From an uncultured Gemmatimonadales bacterium (GTDB lineage: Bacteria; Gemmatimonadota; Gemmatimonadetes; Gemmatimonadales; GWC2-71-9), in contig CAWJIM010000019.1 of assembly GCA_963842945.1 (NCBI GenBank), positions 288,001 through 352,000 of the forward strand: a stretch of 64,000 nt of DNA, read 5' to 3'. The notes under the pieces were generated by a model. The model saw only the letters and a program-made list of their open reading frames with translations. It made no database searches and had not been told where the DNA came from. Positions 28,333 through 38,054 of the stretch are shown here, piece by piece (position 1 is the stretch's first letter; each line of letters opens with the position of its first letter). The position numbers and the translations under genes are program-made.

Positions 28333-28533
28333 ATGGCGAAGGGTACGGTAAAGTGGTTCAATGATGCGAAGGGGTTCGGTTTCATCGCGCAGGATGGTGG
28401 CAAGGATGTATTTGTCCACCACACGGCAATCATCGCCGATGGCTTCCGCTCGCTTTCCGAAGGAGACAACGTGGAGTTCGAGGTGGTCGAAGGTCCGAAA
28501 GGGCTCCAGGCCTCGAACGTCCGCAAGGTCTGA
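28333..28533 (+). CDS. cspA: Cold-shock protein
   Basis: [15 protein letters not shown] (RNP1) and DVFVH (RNP2); 66 aa. Confidence 0.97.
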   Translation: MAKGTVKWFNDAKGFGFIAQDGGKDVFVHHTAIIADGFRSLSEGDNVEFEVVEGPKGLQASNVRKV

Positions 28534-28573
28534 CTCCCCAGCGCCCTTCCCCTTGAGTCGTTAGTTCAAGTCG

Positions 28574-28602
28574 AGCCCCCCGCCACTCGTGGCGGGGGCT
28601 TT
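28574..28602 (+). terminator. Terminator hairpin after csp
   Basis: AGCCCCCCGCCAC/GTGGCGGGGGCT followed by a short T run. Confidence 0.6.
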
Positions 28603-28665
28603 CGGCATCTCTAGTTCCCGCCCAACCGGCCGATAATCCTGCTATCTCGTCCAGGGTCTTGGCGC

Positions 28666-29253
28666 ATGGTCACGGCGCTGCGTGCGGTCGTGCTTGCAGG
28701 TCTCTTGTTCTTGCCCTCCCAACGCAGCGCCACCGCCGTACAGGCAGGGGGCGACACCACCGCCTTGGATTTCCTGGGCTTTCGCCCGGGAGCTCGCCTG
28801 GAGGAGCTGGATTCTCGGCTCCAGAGCAGCAGCGGCTCGCTGCGCTGCCGACAATCCCGGGCGGATCGCCGGGTTTCGGAGTGCCGTGGGGCGCTGCCCA
28901 AAGGCAAAGACCAGCCGCGGGTGGACGTCTGGGTCTCCGCGATCGACAGTCTTGCCGGGGTGATGATGTTGTCCGGGAAAGTCGACTCGGCGCAGCTGGG
29001 GAACTGGCGGGACACTCTCCAAAGCCGCTACGGCAAAGTGGTCACCCGGGTGCAGGGCACCCAGCGCATGCTGCAGTGGGTGCGCCGGGGACGAATGATT
29101 CGGCTGACCTGGCGCATGGAGGGCGGGGCTCAAGTGGCATCGGTGAGTCTGGTGGATGGACGGGTGCTCGATAACTGGGGACGCTCCAGCAGAATCGGCC
29201 GGCCCCAGCGGCCAGCAGAGCCCGACACTCAGCCCCCGAGCCGGACGAGATAA
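28666..29253 (+). CDS. Exported hypothetical protein
   Basis: Signal-like N-terminus and plausible globular sequence. Best of several overlapping ORFs. Confidence 0.6.
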   Translation: MVTALRAVVLAGLLFLPSQRSATAVQAGGDTTALDFLGFRPGARLEELDSRLQSSSGSLRCRQSRADRRVSECRGALPKGKDQPRVDVWVSAIDSLAGVMMLSGKVDSAQLGNWRDTLQSRYGKVVTRVQGTQRMLQWVRRGRMIRLTWRMEGGAQVASVSLVDGRVLDNWGRSSRIGRPQRPAEPDTQPPSRTR

Positions 29254-29513
29254 CTGCCGTCGGTGTCCTCGAGCAGAAAGTCCCGAACCACGCCACCCGA
29301 CTCCTTCAGTGCGCGGAGCAGGCTTCGGATCCGGGTCCGAACCGGCGCGCCGCCTCCGGCTCGGCCCCGGCCGGTAATCAGCCGGACCACGCCCCCCGGC
29401 CTGGCTCTCGCCTGGGCACGCAGAAAGCGTTCGGCGTTGGTGACGGCATCGAGGACGGTCTGACCGTGGAGGTCGAACGTCGCGTCGGGGCTGCGATCGG
29501 TCCAATCAGGCAT
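29229..29513 (-). CDS. Stand-alone Smr/MutS2 C-terminal domain protein
   Basis: DLHGQT and LITGRG motifs. ATG at 29513. Confidence 0.85.
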   Translation of the reverse strand: MPDWTDRSPDATFDLHGQTVLDAVTNAERFLRAQARARPGGVVRLITGRGRAGGGAPVRTRIRSLLRALKESGGVVRDFLLEDTDGSYLVRLGG

Positions 29514-29525
29514 GGTGCGAAACCT

Positions 29526-30638
29526 ATGAAGAAAGTGCTGGCCGGATTGCTCGTGATGGTAATGGGCGCGTGCCATCTCTCGCGCGAGCCCATCCGAATC
29601 GGGCTGGCCGGGTCGCTGAGCGATCCCGTAGGCATTCCCATGAAGCGAGCCGCCGAGCTGGCGGTGGAGGAGATCAACGCCAAGGGCGGAGTGCAGGGTC
29701 GCCCTCTGGAGTTGATCGAGCGGGACGACTACGCCGACCCGGATTCGGCGGTCTTCGTGGCCAGCGATCTCTACGACGCCGGCGTGTCCGCTGTGATAGG
29801 CCACGTCTTCTCCGGAACCACTCTCGCCGCCTCTCCGGTCTACAACGGCGGACCGGATCCGGTCGCGGCAATCTCGCCGTCTTCGAGTTCTCCCGAAATC
29901 TCCACCGCGGGCGATTACACCTTTCGCATCTGTCCCAGCGATCTGGCCCACGGCATCGCCCTGGCGCGCTGGGTCCATGACTCGCTCGGACTGCAGCGCG
30001 GGGCCGTGTTGTACTTGAACGACCAGTATGGCCGCGGCATTCGCCAGATGTTCGTGCGGGATTACATCCGGCGAGGCGGCCAGCTGGTCGCCATCGATCC
30101 CTATCTCGGTGATACGCCCGATGTCGGGCCCTATCTCGATCGAATGCTAAAGGCGGGCCGGGTCCAGTTTCTGGTGGTGGCGGGTAACCGGGCGGAGGCC
30201 GAAGAGGTCCTGCGCCAGGCCCGAAGCCGGGGATTGCAGATGCCGGTGCTCGGCGGCGACGGGCTCGAGGGAATCGAGGAAGCGGGTGCGATCGCGGACG
30301 GGGTCTACTTGTCGTCCGCGTATTTGCCCACCCTGGAGACGGCGTCGAATCGCGCGTTTCTCCAGGCTTACCGCAAGAAATTTCCCAAAGCCGGCCTGCC
30401 CAACCAGCCCGCTGCCGCCACCTATGATGCCGTCTACCTGCTGCGCGATGTCTTCGCCCGTGCGGGGTCAAAGCGCGCCGATGTGCGCCGGGTGCTGGCT
30501 CAAATCGGGACCACTCTGCCGGCGTTCAACGGGGTGACTGGAAAAGTGGCCTTCGACATGCGCGGGGACGTACCGAATCAGGCGGTGTACATCGGCGTGG
30601 TACGAGACGGCGAGGTGCGTCTGGCGAGCCATCGATGA
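29526..30638 (+). CDS. LivJ/LivK-like periplasmic binding lipoprotein
   Basis: Lipoprotein leader (VMGA-C), [35 protein letters not shown] and TYDAV. Confidence 0.9.
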   Translation: MKKVLAGLLVMVMGACHLSREPIRIGLAGSLSDPVGIPMKRAAELAVEEINAKGGVQGRPLELIERDDYADPDSAVFVASDLYDAGVSAVIGHVFSGTTLAASPVYNGGPDPVAAISPSSSSPEISTAGDYTFRICPSDLAHGIALARWVHDSLGLQRGAVLYLNDQYGRGIRQMFVRDYIRRGGQLVAIDPYLGDTPDVGPYLDRMLKAGRVQFLVVAGNRAEAEEVLRQARSRGLQMPVLGGDGLEGIEEAGAIADGVYLSSAYLPTLETASNRAFLQAYRKKFPKAGLPNQPAAATYDAVYLLRDVFARAGSKRADVRRVLAQIGTTLPAFNGVTGKVAFDMRGDVPNQAVYIGVVRDGEVRLASHR

Positions 30639-32329
30639 GCGTGCTCCGAAGCCTTCGAAGCCGGGTCGTAGGGGGGATGGCCATCCTCCTGGCGCTGGTG
30701 TTTGGTCTCGCGCTGCTGGGAGTGAATTCCATCGATGCCCTGGATCGGTCAGTGGACCAGGAGCTATCGCTCCTGCTGGAAAGCACCGACCTGAGCAACG
30801 GCCTGATCGCCTCACTCAGCTCCGAGGTTCGGGCAGCCGAGCAGTATCTGATGATTCCCTCGGAGACGTCGCGTAGACGCTTTCTGGACGAAGGTGATTC
30901 GGCCTACGTGTATCACCGCCGCTACCGGATCCTGGGCGCGCTGACCACGTCCGATCGGTACATCGTCAACAAGATTGCCGCCAATCAGGCCCAGCTCGAG
31001 GTCTCTTATGCCCGGGCCCATGCCCTGGCAGATCTGGGTCGGACTGATGATGCCCGACGCGAAGCGGAGTTGGCCCGGGCCCCCGCGGACACGCTTCTGG
31101 GTGACGTGCGTGCGCTCGCATTGGCGCAGACCAACCGGTCCATGGTTCGGGCCACTGAGCTCCGGCGCAACGCAAGCCACCGCCGGCTGATGCTGTGGGC
31201 CCTGCTGTTCATCTCCCTGGCGCTCGGTGCCGCTACGTCGATCCTGACGGTCCGCTGGGTCGACCTGCCGCTCCGCCGTTTGATTGGCGCCGCCGACCGA
31301 TTCGGTGCCGGCGATCTGCGTCGGGTGCAGCTGGGGAATATGCCCACCGAACTGGAGCAGCTTGCCCGAGCCATGGACAGCATGGCAGCGCGGCTCCGCG
31401 GCGTCGTGGTCTCCGTCGTGAACGAAGCCAGTCAGATCGGCAACAGCGCAACCGACTTCTCCGCCATGAGCGAGGAGCTCGCCGCCAGCAGCGGCCAAAT
31501 CTCGACCGCCATGGTCCGGATCGCTACGAGCGCCGAACAGCAGGTGCGAGGAATGGAGAAGGCCGACGCGCTGCTCATGAGCCTTCGTCAGATTGCAGAG
31601 ACCAACGCGACGGCGGCGTCCCGCGTGGTGGAGCTGGGCGGTCGTATCCGGCAGCTTGCCGCCCGGCACAAGGGCGATGTGGGCGCAGCCGGTCAGACGT
31701 TGCTGGACATCCAGAAGATCGTCGCCACTTCAGCCCAACAGGTTCAGGAGCTCACCCGGCTGTCTGAGCCGATCACCGCCTTCATCGATCTCATTCGGCA
31801 GATCTCATCCCAGACCAACCTGCTGGCTCTGAATGCGGCGATCGAAGCCGCCCGGGCCGGCGAGCATGGTCGGGGCTTCGCCGTCGTAGCAGAAGAGGTT
31901 AGGCGGCTGGCCGACTCCAGCTCCAGCGCGGCGGAAGAGGTGGCCAAGACCGTCCAGTTTATCCGAAAACAGGTCCGCGAGGTGGCCGGCACGATGGACG
32001 TGGGCTCTGCCCGGGTTCAGGGCATCGAGGTCGTGGCTACTGCGGCAGCCCGGGCGCTGGAGGACATTGCGGCCGCGGTGCACGAGGTGCATGCGGCCGC
32101 AGGCGAGGTGGTGCGCCAGGCGGAGGCCAACCGTGGCATCGTGGTGCAGTTAGGCGAGCGTACTCAGGAGGTTAGCCACGCGGCAAGCGAACATGCCTCG
32201 GCCAGCGAAGAGGTAACCGCGGCAGCTCAGGAACAGACGGCGTCCACCGAAGAAATGGCGGCGAGCGCCGGCGACCTCTTGCAAGGCGCCACCAGGCTCA
32301 CCGCATTAATGCAGGACTTTAAGACGTGA
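30635..32329 (+). CDS. Methyl-accepting chemotaxis protein
   Basis: Two TM helices, HAMP domain and [34 protein letters not shown]. Confidence 0.95.
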   Translation: MSVLRSLRSRVVGGMAILLALVFGLALLGVNSIDALDRSVDQELSLLLESTDLSNGLIASLSSEVRAAEQYLMIPSETSRRRFLDEGDSAYVYHRRYRILGALTTSDRYIVNKIAANQAQLEVSYARAHALADLGRTDDARREAELARAPADTLLGDVRALALAQTNRSMVRATELRRNASHRRLMLWALLFISLALGAATSILTVRWVDLPLRRLIGAADRFGAGDLRRVQLGNMPTELEQLARAMDSMAARLRGVVVSVVNEASQIGNSATDFSAMSEELAASSGQISTAMVRIATSAEQQVRGMEKADALLMSLRQIAETNATAASRVVELGGRIRQLAARHKGDVGAAGQTLLDIQKIVATSAQQVQELTRLSEPITAFIDLIRQISSQTNLLALNAAIEAARAGEHGRGFAVVAEEVRRLADSSSSAAEEVAKTVQFIRKQVREVAGTMDVGSARVQGIEVVATAAARALEDIAAAVHEVHAAAGEVVRQAEANRGIVVQLGERTQEVSHAASEHASASEEVTAAAQEQTASTEEMAASAGDLLQGATRLTALMQDFKT

Positions 32330-32335
32330 GGCGGG

Positions 32336-32707
32336 TTACTTCTTTCTGCTGGCCTTGACCGGCTTCTTAACCGCCTTGGAGGGCTTGATCCGCTGCACCG
32401 GCTTGGTCTTGGCTCGCGCCTTTGCCCGCTGAGCCCGTTCCCGATCAGCTGCCTTTTCCAGCCGCTTCTGCTCGGCCGCGTGCACTTCGGCCAGGATCCG
32501 CTCCCCCTCATCCATGCCCAGGAGTCCTCGCCGGGTGGCGTAGCGGACGAGCTCATCGGCATCGGCCACGTTGAACTCGCCTACCCTTGCTGCCGCGCGA
32601 ATGATGCTGCCCAAAGCGTCCGCCACGGGACTTCGCAGCACATTTGCAATACCGGGAAGGGTTTCCAGCAGGGTTGAGATCTGCGAACCACCAAGTTCCG
32701 TCACCAC
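32336..32707 (-). CDS. Hypothetical protein with a Lys/Ala/Pro-rich histone-like tail
   Basis: GAGGA upstream of the GTG. C-terminus KAVKKPVKASRKK. Confidence 0.65.
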   Translation of the reverse strand: MVTELGGSQISTLLETLPGIANVLRSPVADALGSIIRAAARVGEFNVADADELVRYATRRGLLGMDEGERILAEVHAAEQKRLEKAADRERAQRAKARAKTKPVQRIKPSKAVKKPVKASRKK

Positions 32708-32821
32708 GAAGAGTCCTCCTCACTGCGTGCCAAAGCCGCTCCAGCAGCCGTTCCGGCAGGGTAGATCCCGCCGGACGGAAACTTCACCTCAGAGAGCGTC
32801 TGGCGCTAGTAGTATTAAATA

Positions 32822-33235
32822 CTACTTCGCTATCCTGAGCTCGCCTCGCTCGTCGTAGGCTTTGTGAGGAAGACAATAGAAGTGGTAGACCCCCGGGGAG
32901 ACCCTCGGCACCACGATCCTGTACTCCGACCCGTCGGCCTGCAGCAGAGGACTACTGAGGTCCCCGGTGCGGCGGCCCATGGCGCCGTTCATGGCCTCGT
33001 GGGTAGCCTCGCTCAGGTCTCCGCCTTCAAACACGATGCTGTGCGGAGAACCCCGGACGGCCTTGAAAACCAAGACGTCGCCCGGACTGGCCGTCACCTT
33101 GGCGGGAACAAAGCGGTAGACATCTTTCTCCCGGTCGGCCTCAATCCGGATGAGCTGTCTGTTCTGTGCCTGGGCCGAGGTGGCGCCAGCCAGGAGAAGC
33201 ATCACGCTGAATTTGGCGGAGGCAAGACGATCCAT
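32822..33235 (-). CDS. Exported plastocyanin/azurin-like cupredoxin
   Basis: Signal peptide, FVPAKVTASPGD, PHSIVF and YHFYCLPH. Confidence 0.85.
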   Translation of the reverse strand: MDRLASAKFSVMLLLAGATSAQAQNRQLIRIEADREKDVYRFVPAKVTASPGDVLVFKAVRGSPHSIVFEGGDLSEATHEAMNGAMGRRTGDLSSPLLQADGSEYRIVVPRVSPGVYHFYCLPHKAYDERGELRIAK

Positions 33236-33352
33236 GGGGTCCTTCCCCCGACAGTGTGAGCCAGAGCTTTGCGCGGTCCCAAAAATCTCGTACATTCTCG
33301 AAGGGTGGGGTTAGCTAGTTCCGTGCCACCAGCCCCCCTGGAAGGACCGACC

Positions 33353-33619
33353 GTGGGACGTCGGGGAGTGAAGGAATACCGGGCGCCCGAGGCGCTCATC
33401 CTGATCGCGGCAGACCGAGACCAGAAGCCTTTGGTTTGTCCTTCCTGTGGCTCCATCACCGTAGAACGCTACCCTGAACGCTTGAGCTCTGAGGATGCAC
33501 CTGGCGGGCGGGTAACCTTGCACTGCAAGGCCTGCGGGCGCAGTGCGGCTTACATTCCCCGTACCCTCAGTCGCTCTTCCTTGCCTGAGTCTCCCCGGCC
33601 GTCGCATTCATCGAGCTAA
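33353..33619 (+). CDS. Small zinc-ribbon protein
   Basis: CPSC and CKAC pairs. GAAGGA RBS-like sequence upstream; start uncertain. Confidence 0.55.
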   Translation: MGRRGVKEYRAPEALILIAADRDQKPLVCPSCGSITVERYPERLSSEDAPGGRVTLHCKACGRSAAYIPRTLSRSSLPESPRPSHSSS

Positions 33620-33643
33620 GACAGAAGCCTCTCCGCCCTCGTG

Positions 33644-34366
33644 TCATTGCGGCGCCGTGAACAGCCTTTGCCACCTTACCGCCGTAATGAAGGGCAGCGC
33701 CCTCCAGCTGCTTGGGTCGTAGCTGAAGTACACAATGAGCGGCTTACCGCGGACGTTCTTCCGCGGGAGAAAGCCCCAGTAGCGCCCGTCGTACGAGCTG
33801 TCTCGATTGTCTCCCATCATGAAAAAGGAGTCGGCCGGCACCACGATAGGCCCCCATTCCTGCAGGTCGGGCTGATAGCCTGAGGGATCGCGTCGGGCCA
33901 GATGGGGCAGCTGCCACTCCCGCATCTTGGCCCGCTGGATCGGATCCTCGGACCGGGTCGGATCAGAGTGCAGCGCGTAGGGTTCGTTCACCCGCTGGCC
34001 ATTCCGGAACAGCTCCCCGTTCTCCATGCTCAGGGTGTCACCAGGCATCCCGATCAGCCGCTTCACCACCTTCAGCCCTTCCTCCTCCACCGAATCGAAG
34101 ACCAGGATGTCATCCCGCTTGGGCTCCCGCACCGCAGGAAGCCGGGCATGAATGAGGGGGACCTCAGCGCCGTAGAGGGCCTTGTTGACGAAGAGAAAGT
34201 CACCGATCAGCAGGGTGTTTTCCATGCTGCCCGAGGGAATTCGGAATGCCTCCACCAGAAACGTCCGCAGAAAGAACCAGACGACGAGCGCGACAATGAT
34301 GGACTTGGTCCAATCCCAGAACCAGTGAATCACGGACCGGGTATGCGCGGCGGTACCGGTGGTCAT
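33644..34366 (-). CDS. lepB: Signal peptidase I
   Basis: IPSGSMENTL, VKRLIGMPGD and GDNRDSSYDGRYWG. Confidence 0.95.
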   Translation of the reverse strand: MTTGTAAHTRSVIHWFWDWTKSIIVALVVWFFLRTFLVEAFRIPSGSMENTLLIGDFLFVNKALYGAEVPLIHARLPAVREPKRDDILVFDSVEEEGLKVVKRLIGMPGDTLSMENGELFRNGQRVNEPYALHSDPTRSEDPIQRAKMREWQLPHLARRDPSGYQPDLQEWGPIVVPADSFFMMGDNRDSSYDGRYWGFLPRKNVRGKPLIVYFSYDPSSWRALPFITAVRWQRLFTAPQ

Positions 34367-34427
34367 GACGACGTCATCCTCGATGAGATGGAAGGGCTCT
34401 GCCTAAAATACCACGATGGTCTGCTAG

Positions 34428-36018
34428 TCAGGGCACCAGGACAGTTGGGCCCGCCAGCGGTTGCCGAACCCGGAGAACGGGGTAGGGCAATCCGGCCTGC
34501 AGCTCCCGGTCGAGCAGATTCCAGGTCACCACCCCGTCCTCGGATGCCGGCTCGAGCAGATAAGCGGCCAGTGTGCCCAGCGGCTGATCGGTCGAGACCC
34601 GGAACCAGCCGCCAGTGATTGCGCTGTCCAGCGGCTCGCTTCGCCACTGCCCCTGGATCCGAACGCTTCGGTGGCCCTCGAACAGCGAGTCCACCGAGAG
34701 GCCGTCCACCGTGAACTGCTGAACCGAGGTCCGGAGCGGACGCGAGATCCGCTCGACGGTCACCCCCTGCCGCCGGAGCAACTGAACGATGTCCGTCAGC
34801 CGCGCGGGTATGAGGTACCAGCGGGGCATGGCTTCCTTTCGATCCGCGGTGAAGCGGTCGAAAACCGGCATCCGGATGGCGCGGTAGACTCCGGTGCGGC
34901 GGCGGCGGGCATAGCCGTTCGTGCCTTCGCCGGCATCCTGGGTGATTTCTGCAACCACCTCCTGGACCACCGGAGCCGCGAGCTTCGAGCGGACCACCAG
35001 CGATTCCGGTCTGGTCCGATCCGATTCGCGGACCGCCGACTTGATCAGCGCGGCCTGGTCGCCGGCCAGCTCCAGCACCTCGCGTACAAAGTTGTAGGTG
35101 GCCGACACCCGGGTTCGGAAATCCGCATTGCTGTACCCCTCGCTCAGAATCGACAGTCGGCCCCGCAGCCCCATCCAGTTGGTCCCGAATCGCGGGCGCG
35201 CATCATAGGTCTCCCACCCCTGGACCAGCGAATCAGGATCCTGATTGCGAAAGTTGCCGTAGGAGAATGTCGGCTGCTTATGGCGCTGCTGCATTCGCTG
35301 ACGCAGGCTCGGGAGCAGGCGGTCGCGCACCAGGGCGACCGCGGGATTGGAGTTGGGGTTCAGGCCTGGCGCATAGGTGAGGACGTATCCGTGATAGCTG
35401 CCGTTGGTGGTATGGAGGTCCATGAAGAGGTCCGGGTCCCAACTGAGAATCAGCGCCGCAGAGCCCCGGGTCTCCGGCGCCTCCATCTTCACGTAGTCAC
35501 GGTTCAGATTCAGCCCCTGGCCGTTGGTGTTCTGCCCCACCGGCTCCGGCCCGTTCTGCCCCGGACGGTTCTGTTCTCCCGGGCCCCAGCGTTCGTTCCC
35601 GTCGGTGTTATAGATCGGCACCACCAGCAACACGACCTTGTCCAGCAAAGGCCGGAGCGGGCCCGCCGTCAGATCTCGAAGCAGCATCTGAGCGGCTTCC
35701 TTTCCCTTCGACTTCGCCCGCGTGAATGTTCGCCTGCAGGTAGATCACCGGCTTGCCCGAGCGATGGGCCTCCGCCGGACTACTGACCATCGGGCGCGAT
35801 GCAATCACGTACGGGACCGCTCGCCCCTCTGGACTGCTGCCTAACGTCCCCACCCGAAGATCGTGAGTTATGGTCTGCAGAGAGTCGAGAAACCCGAGCA
35901 CATCGGCATAGGATGAGGTCTGCCGATAGCCCGTGCGCTCGGCCCGGGTGGTCTGGGCGGCCAAGGCTGGTGACAGGCAGGCTGACACCAAAACCATCGC
36001 TCCCATGACTCGCACCAT
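34428..36018 (-). CDS. Exported M14 metallocarboxypeptidase (frameshift at ~35702)
   Basis: NIHAGEVEGK joins EAAQMLLRDL after removing one base. NTDG, NLNRD and DLHT motifs. Confidence 0.85.
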
Positions 36019-37703
36019 CAGCGGGGAACCAGGATGCGGGTGGCTACAACCTCGGGAAAGCCATCGTCGACGGTGAAGGTGACCTCAGGGATAAGCGCCT
36101 GGAACGTGGGCGAGGACAGTTTCCGATCCTCGGCGCTGCGGTACTTGCTCCATGCCTTGGTGAGGGCCGGCTCCCGGGCGATAGCAGCCGGGTCATCGGC
36201 ATGGCGGAGCAGCACCTGAGTAACTCGTGCAGGGTCGGCCAACGCGGAGGCGAGGGCTCGCACCATGACATATCCCAGAGCGTGCTGATCGTCAGGTCCC
36301 CGCTGATTCAAGTCGGCTCGCTTCTCCAGTTCGCCCAGACCTAACAGCGGCCACCGCGTGGTGATGGGACTCAGGATCCGCTCCGCGCTCCATTCGGCAA
36401 AGCCTTCGGCGACATGAGGCTGGATTCCCGGCAGCCGCAGGGTAGGCCGAGGCTTGTCTCCCAATGAGTCGGCAAACTCCTCGAGCTGTCGGCGCCGAAA
36501 CAGAAGATGCTGCCACTCATGGACAATTGCGCCGAGGGCCAGCAGTGGTGAGTAGCCGGGATCGATAGCGATGGCGTCATCGGGCTCGAGAAAGCCGTTC
36601 AGGCTCTCCTTGGATTGTCGAGAGACCGTAGTCAGCCGGAGGGTCTCGGTCCCCGTGTGGAGCAGGGCCAGGCTGGTATCGCCTTGAGGCAGCCAGCGCA
36701 GGGTGCGGAGCAGGTCGGGCTGGCCATTCTGCCGCAGCCATTCGGATGCGCCGGCGTTGTCCGCGTGGATCAACCGTTGGAAGAGCGCAGGCGGCACTCC
36801 ATATTGGGGCACCGCCTGCGGGTAGCCGAACCATCGGGTCTCGATCCGGGGCAGCGGCGCATGAAAATTGGAGCCGTACGCGGCGAGCCATTCCTGTCGG
36901 ACATAGTCCTGAACCGACCGTCCTCCTTCTTCGGGAGCCCAACGCTCCCGCAGAAAGAAGTCCAAAGCGTCGGCGTACCACCGCTGCCCTTCGGTGTAAC
37001 CGTTCAGAAGCAGCAGCACCGCGCTGGCCGATGCCGAGTCCGTTCGCCACAGGGATGCTTTGGCGGCAGCAAAGGCGGTCGAGTCGGTCGCAGCCATCAC
37101 CGCCAAGCCATACAGCGCTCGCGGCAGAGCCTCTGGCTCTGATTTCCCGGTGTTCGAACCCAGCCAATGCGTGCCGGCCAACGCGGAGCGGGCCGTCTCC
37201 CAGGTGAGCGCTGGCGTACGGCTGCGGGCCCAGGCGAGCGCGGCGTCATGGAGATCCACGATCCACACTCCGCGGGGTCGGAAGATACGGTCGAACCGGA
37301 CCCGGACCCTATCCAAGGGAATAGTGGTCCGAATGCTTTCGAGGGTGCGCTGGAGTGCCGCGACCATCTCGGCCCGGCGGTACAGCCCCATGACATGCTG
37401 AGATCGCTCGGCCGCGAGCACAGTTCCTCCCAACGGCTCCATCCCGAGCTGTTGTGCAGCTGTCCGATACGCCCGCGTGGCTACCGATTCGGGAGGGACA
37501 CTGGTAGCCGCACGGAGCCATGGGCCGGGCAGACGCACGAAAGGTCGATTAGTTCCCAGGATGATTTGCCGCAGGGTGAAGCGGGGAAGCTCGCCCGGAA
37601 CTTGGACTGGAGAGCTGGGCGGTGCTTGAGCCGCCCCCGGCACTGTCGGTCCCAAAACGGCCACAATGGCGAGAGAGACCGGGAAACAACGTACCGACCG
37701 CAA
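36018..37703 (-). CDS. Exported protein with a gluzincin-like HExxH motif
   Basis: AIVHEWQH followed by EGFAE. Signal-like N-terminus; start codon uncertain. Confidence 0.6.
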   Translation of the reverse strand: MRSVRCFPVSLAIVAVLGPTVPGAAQAPPSSPVQVPGELPRFTLRQIILGTNRPFVRLPGPWLRAATSVPPESVATRAYRTAAQQLGMEPLGGTVLAAERSQHVMGLYRRAEMVAALQRTLESIRTTIPLDRVRVRFDRIFRPRGVWIVDLHDAALAWARSRTPALTWETARSALAGTHWLGSNTGKSEPEALPRALYGLAVMAATDSTAFAAAKASLWRTDSASASAVLLLLNGYTEGQRWYADALDFFLRERWAPEEGGRSVQDYVRQEWLAAYGSNFHAPLPRIETRWFGYPQAVPQYGVPPALFQRLIHADNAGASEWLRQNGQPDLLRTLRWLPQGDTSLALLHTGTETLRLTTVSRQSKESLNGFLEPDDAIAIDPGYSPLLALGAIVHEWQHLLFRRRQLEEFADSLGDKPRPTLRLPGIQPHVAEGFAEWSAERILSPITTRWPLLGLGELEKRADLNQRGPDDQHALGYVMVRALASALADPARVTQVLLRHADDPAAIAREPALTKAWSKYRSAEDRKLSSPTFQALIPEVTFTVDDGFPEVVATRILVPR

Positions 37704-37724
37704 TGCTCTTAGCAGGAAGACTCC

Positions 37725-38054
37725 ATGAGCGATGAGCCAAGACCGGGACCCAGGCGCCAGGCACCACCTCCTTTGATGGACCGCCTGGGCGAGCTGTGTA
37801 AGTCCGGCCGTGACAGCGCCACTTACCTGTGGCAGGTTCCGGACGACGAGAGCGTACGCCTGAAGATCGCCGCGATTCTGGCGGAGATCAAAGTGGAGGC
37901 TGCCAAAGGAGGGCGCCAGGAGATGGGGCGGCTGGTGGGAGAGCTGCAAACCGCTCTAGCTGCCTCGCCCAGCCCCCAGCAGGTGGAAATACTGCAGGAC
38001 GGATTTGACCGACTCACCCGACTCTGGGCTGCCGCCAAGAGCGGTTTGTTCTAG
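37725..38054 (+). CDS. Small helical-bundle protein (Hpt-like, no His)
   Basis: AGGAAG RBS. Amphipathic helices including ILAEIKVEAAKGGRQEMGRLVGELQ. Confidence 0.6.
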   Translation: MSDEPRPGPRRQAPPPLMDRLGELCKSGRDSATYLWQVPDDESVRLKIAAILAEIKVEAAKGGRQEMGRLVGELQTALAASPSPQQVEILQDGFDRLTRLWAAAKSGLF

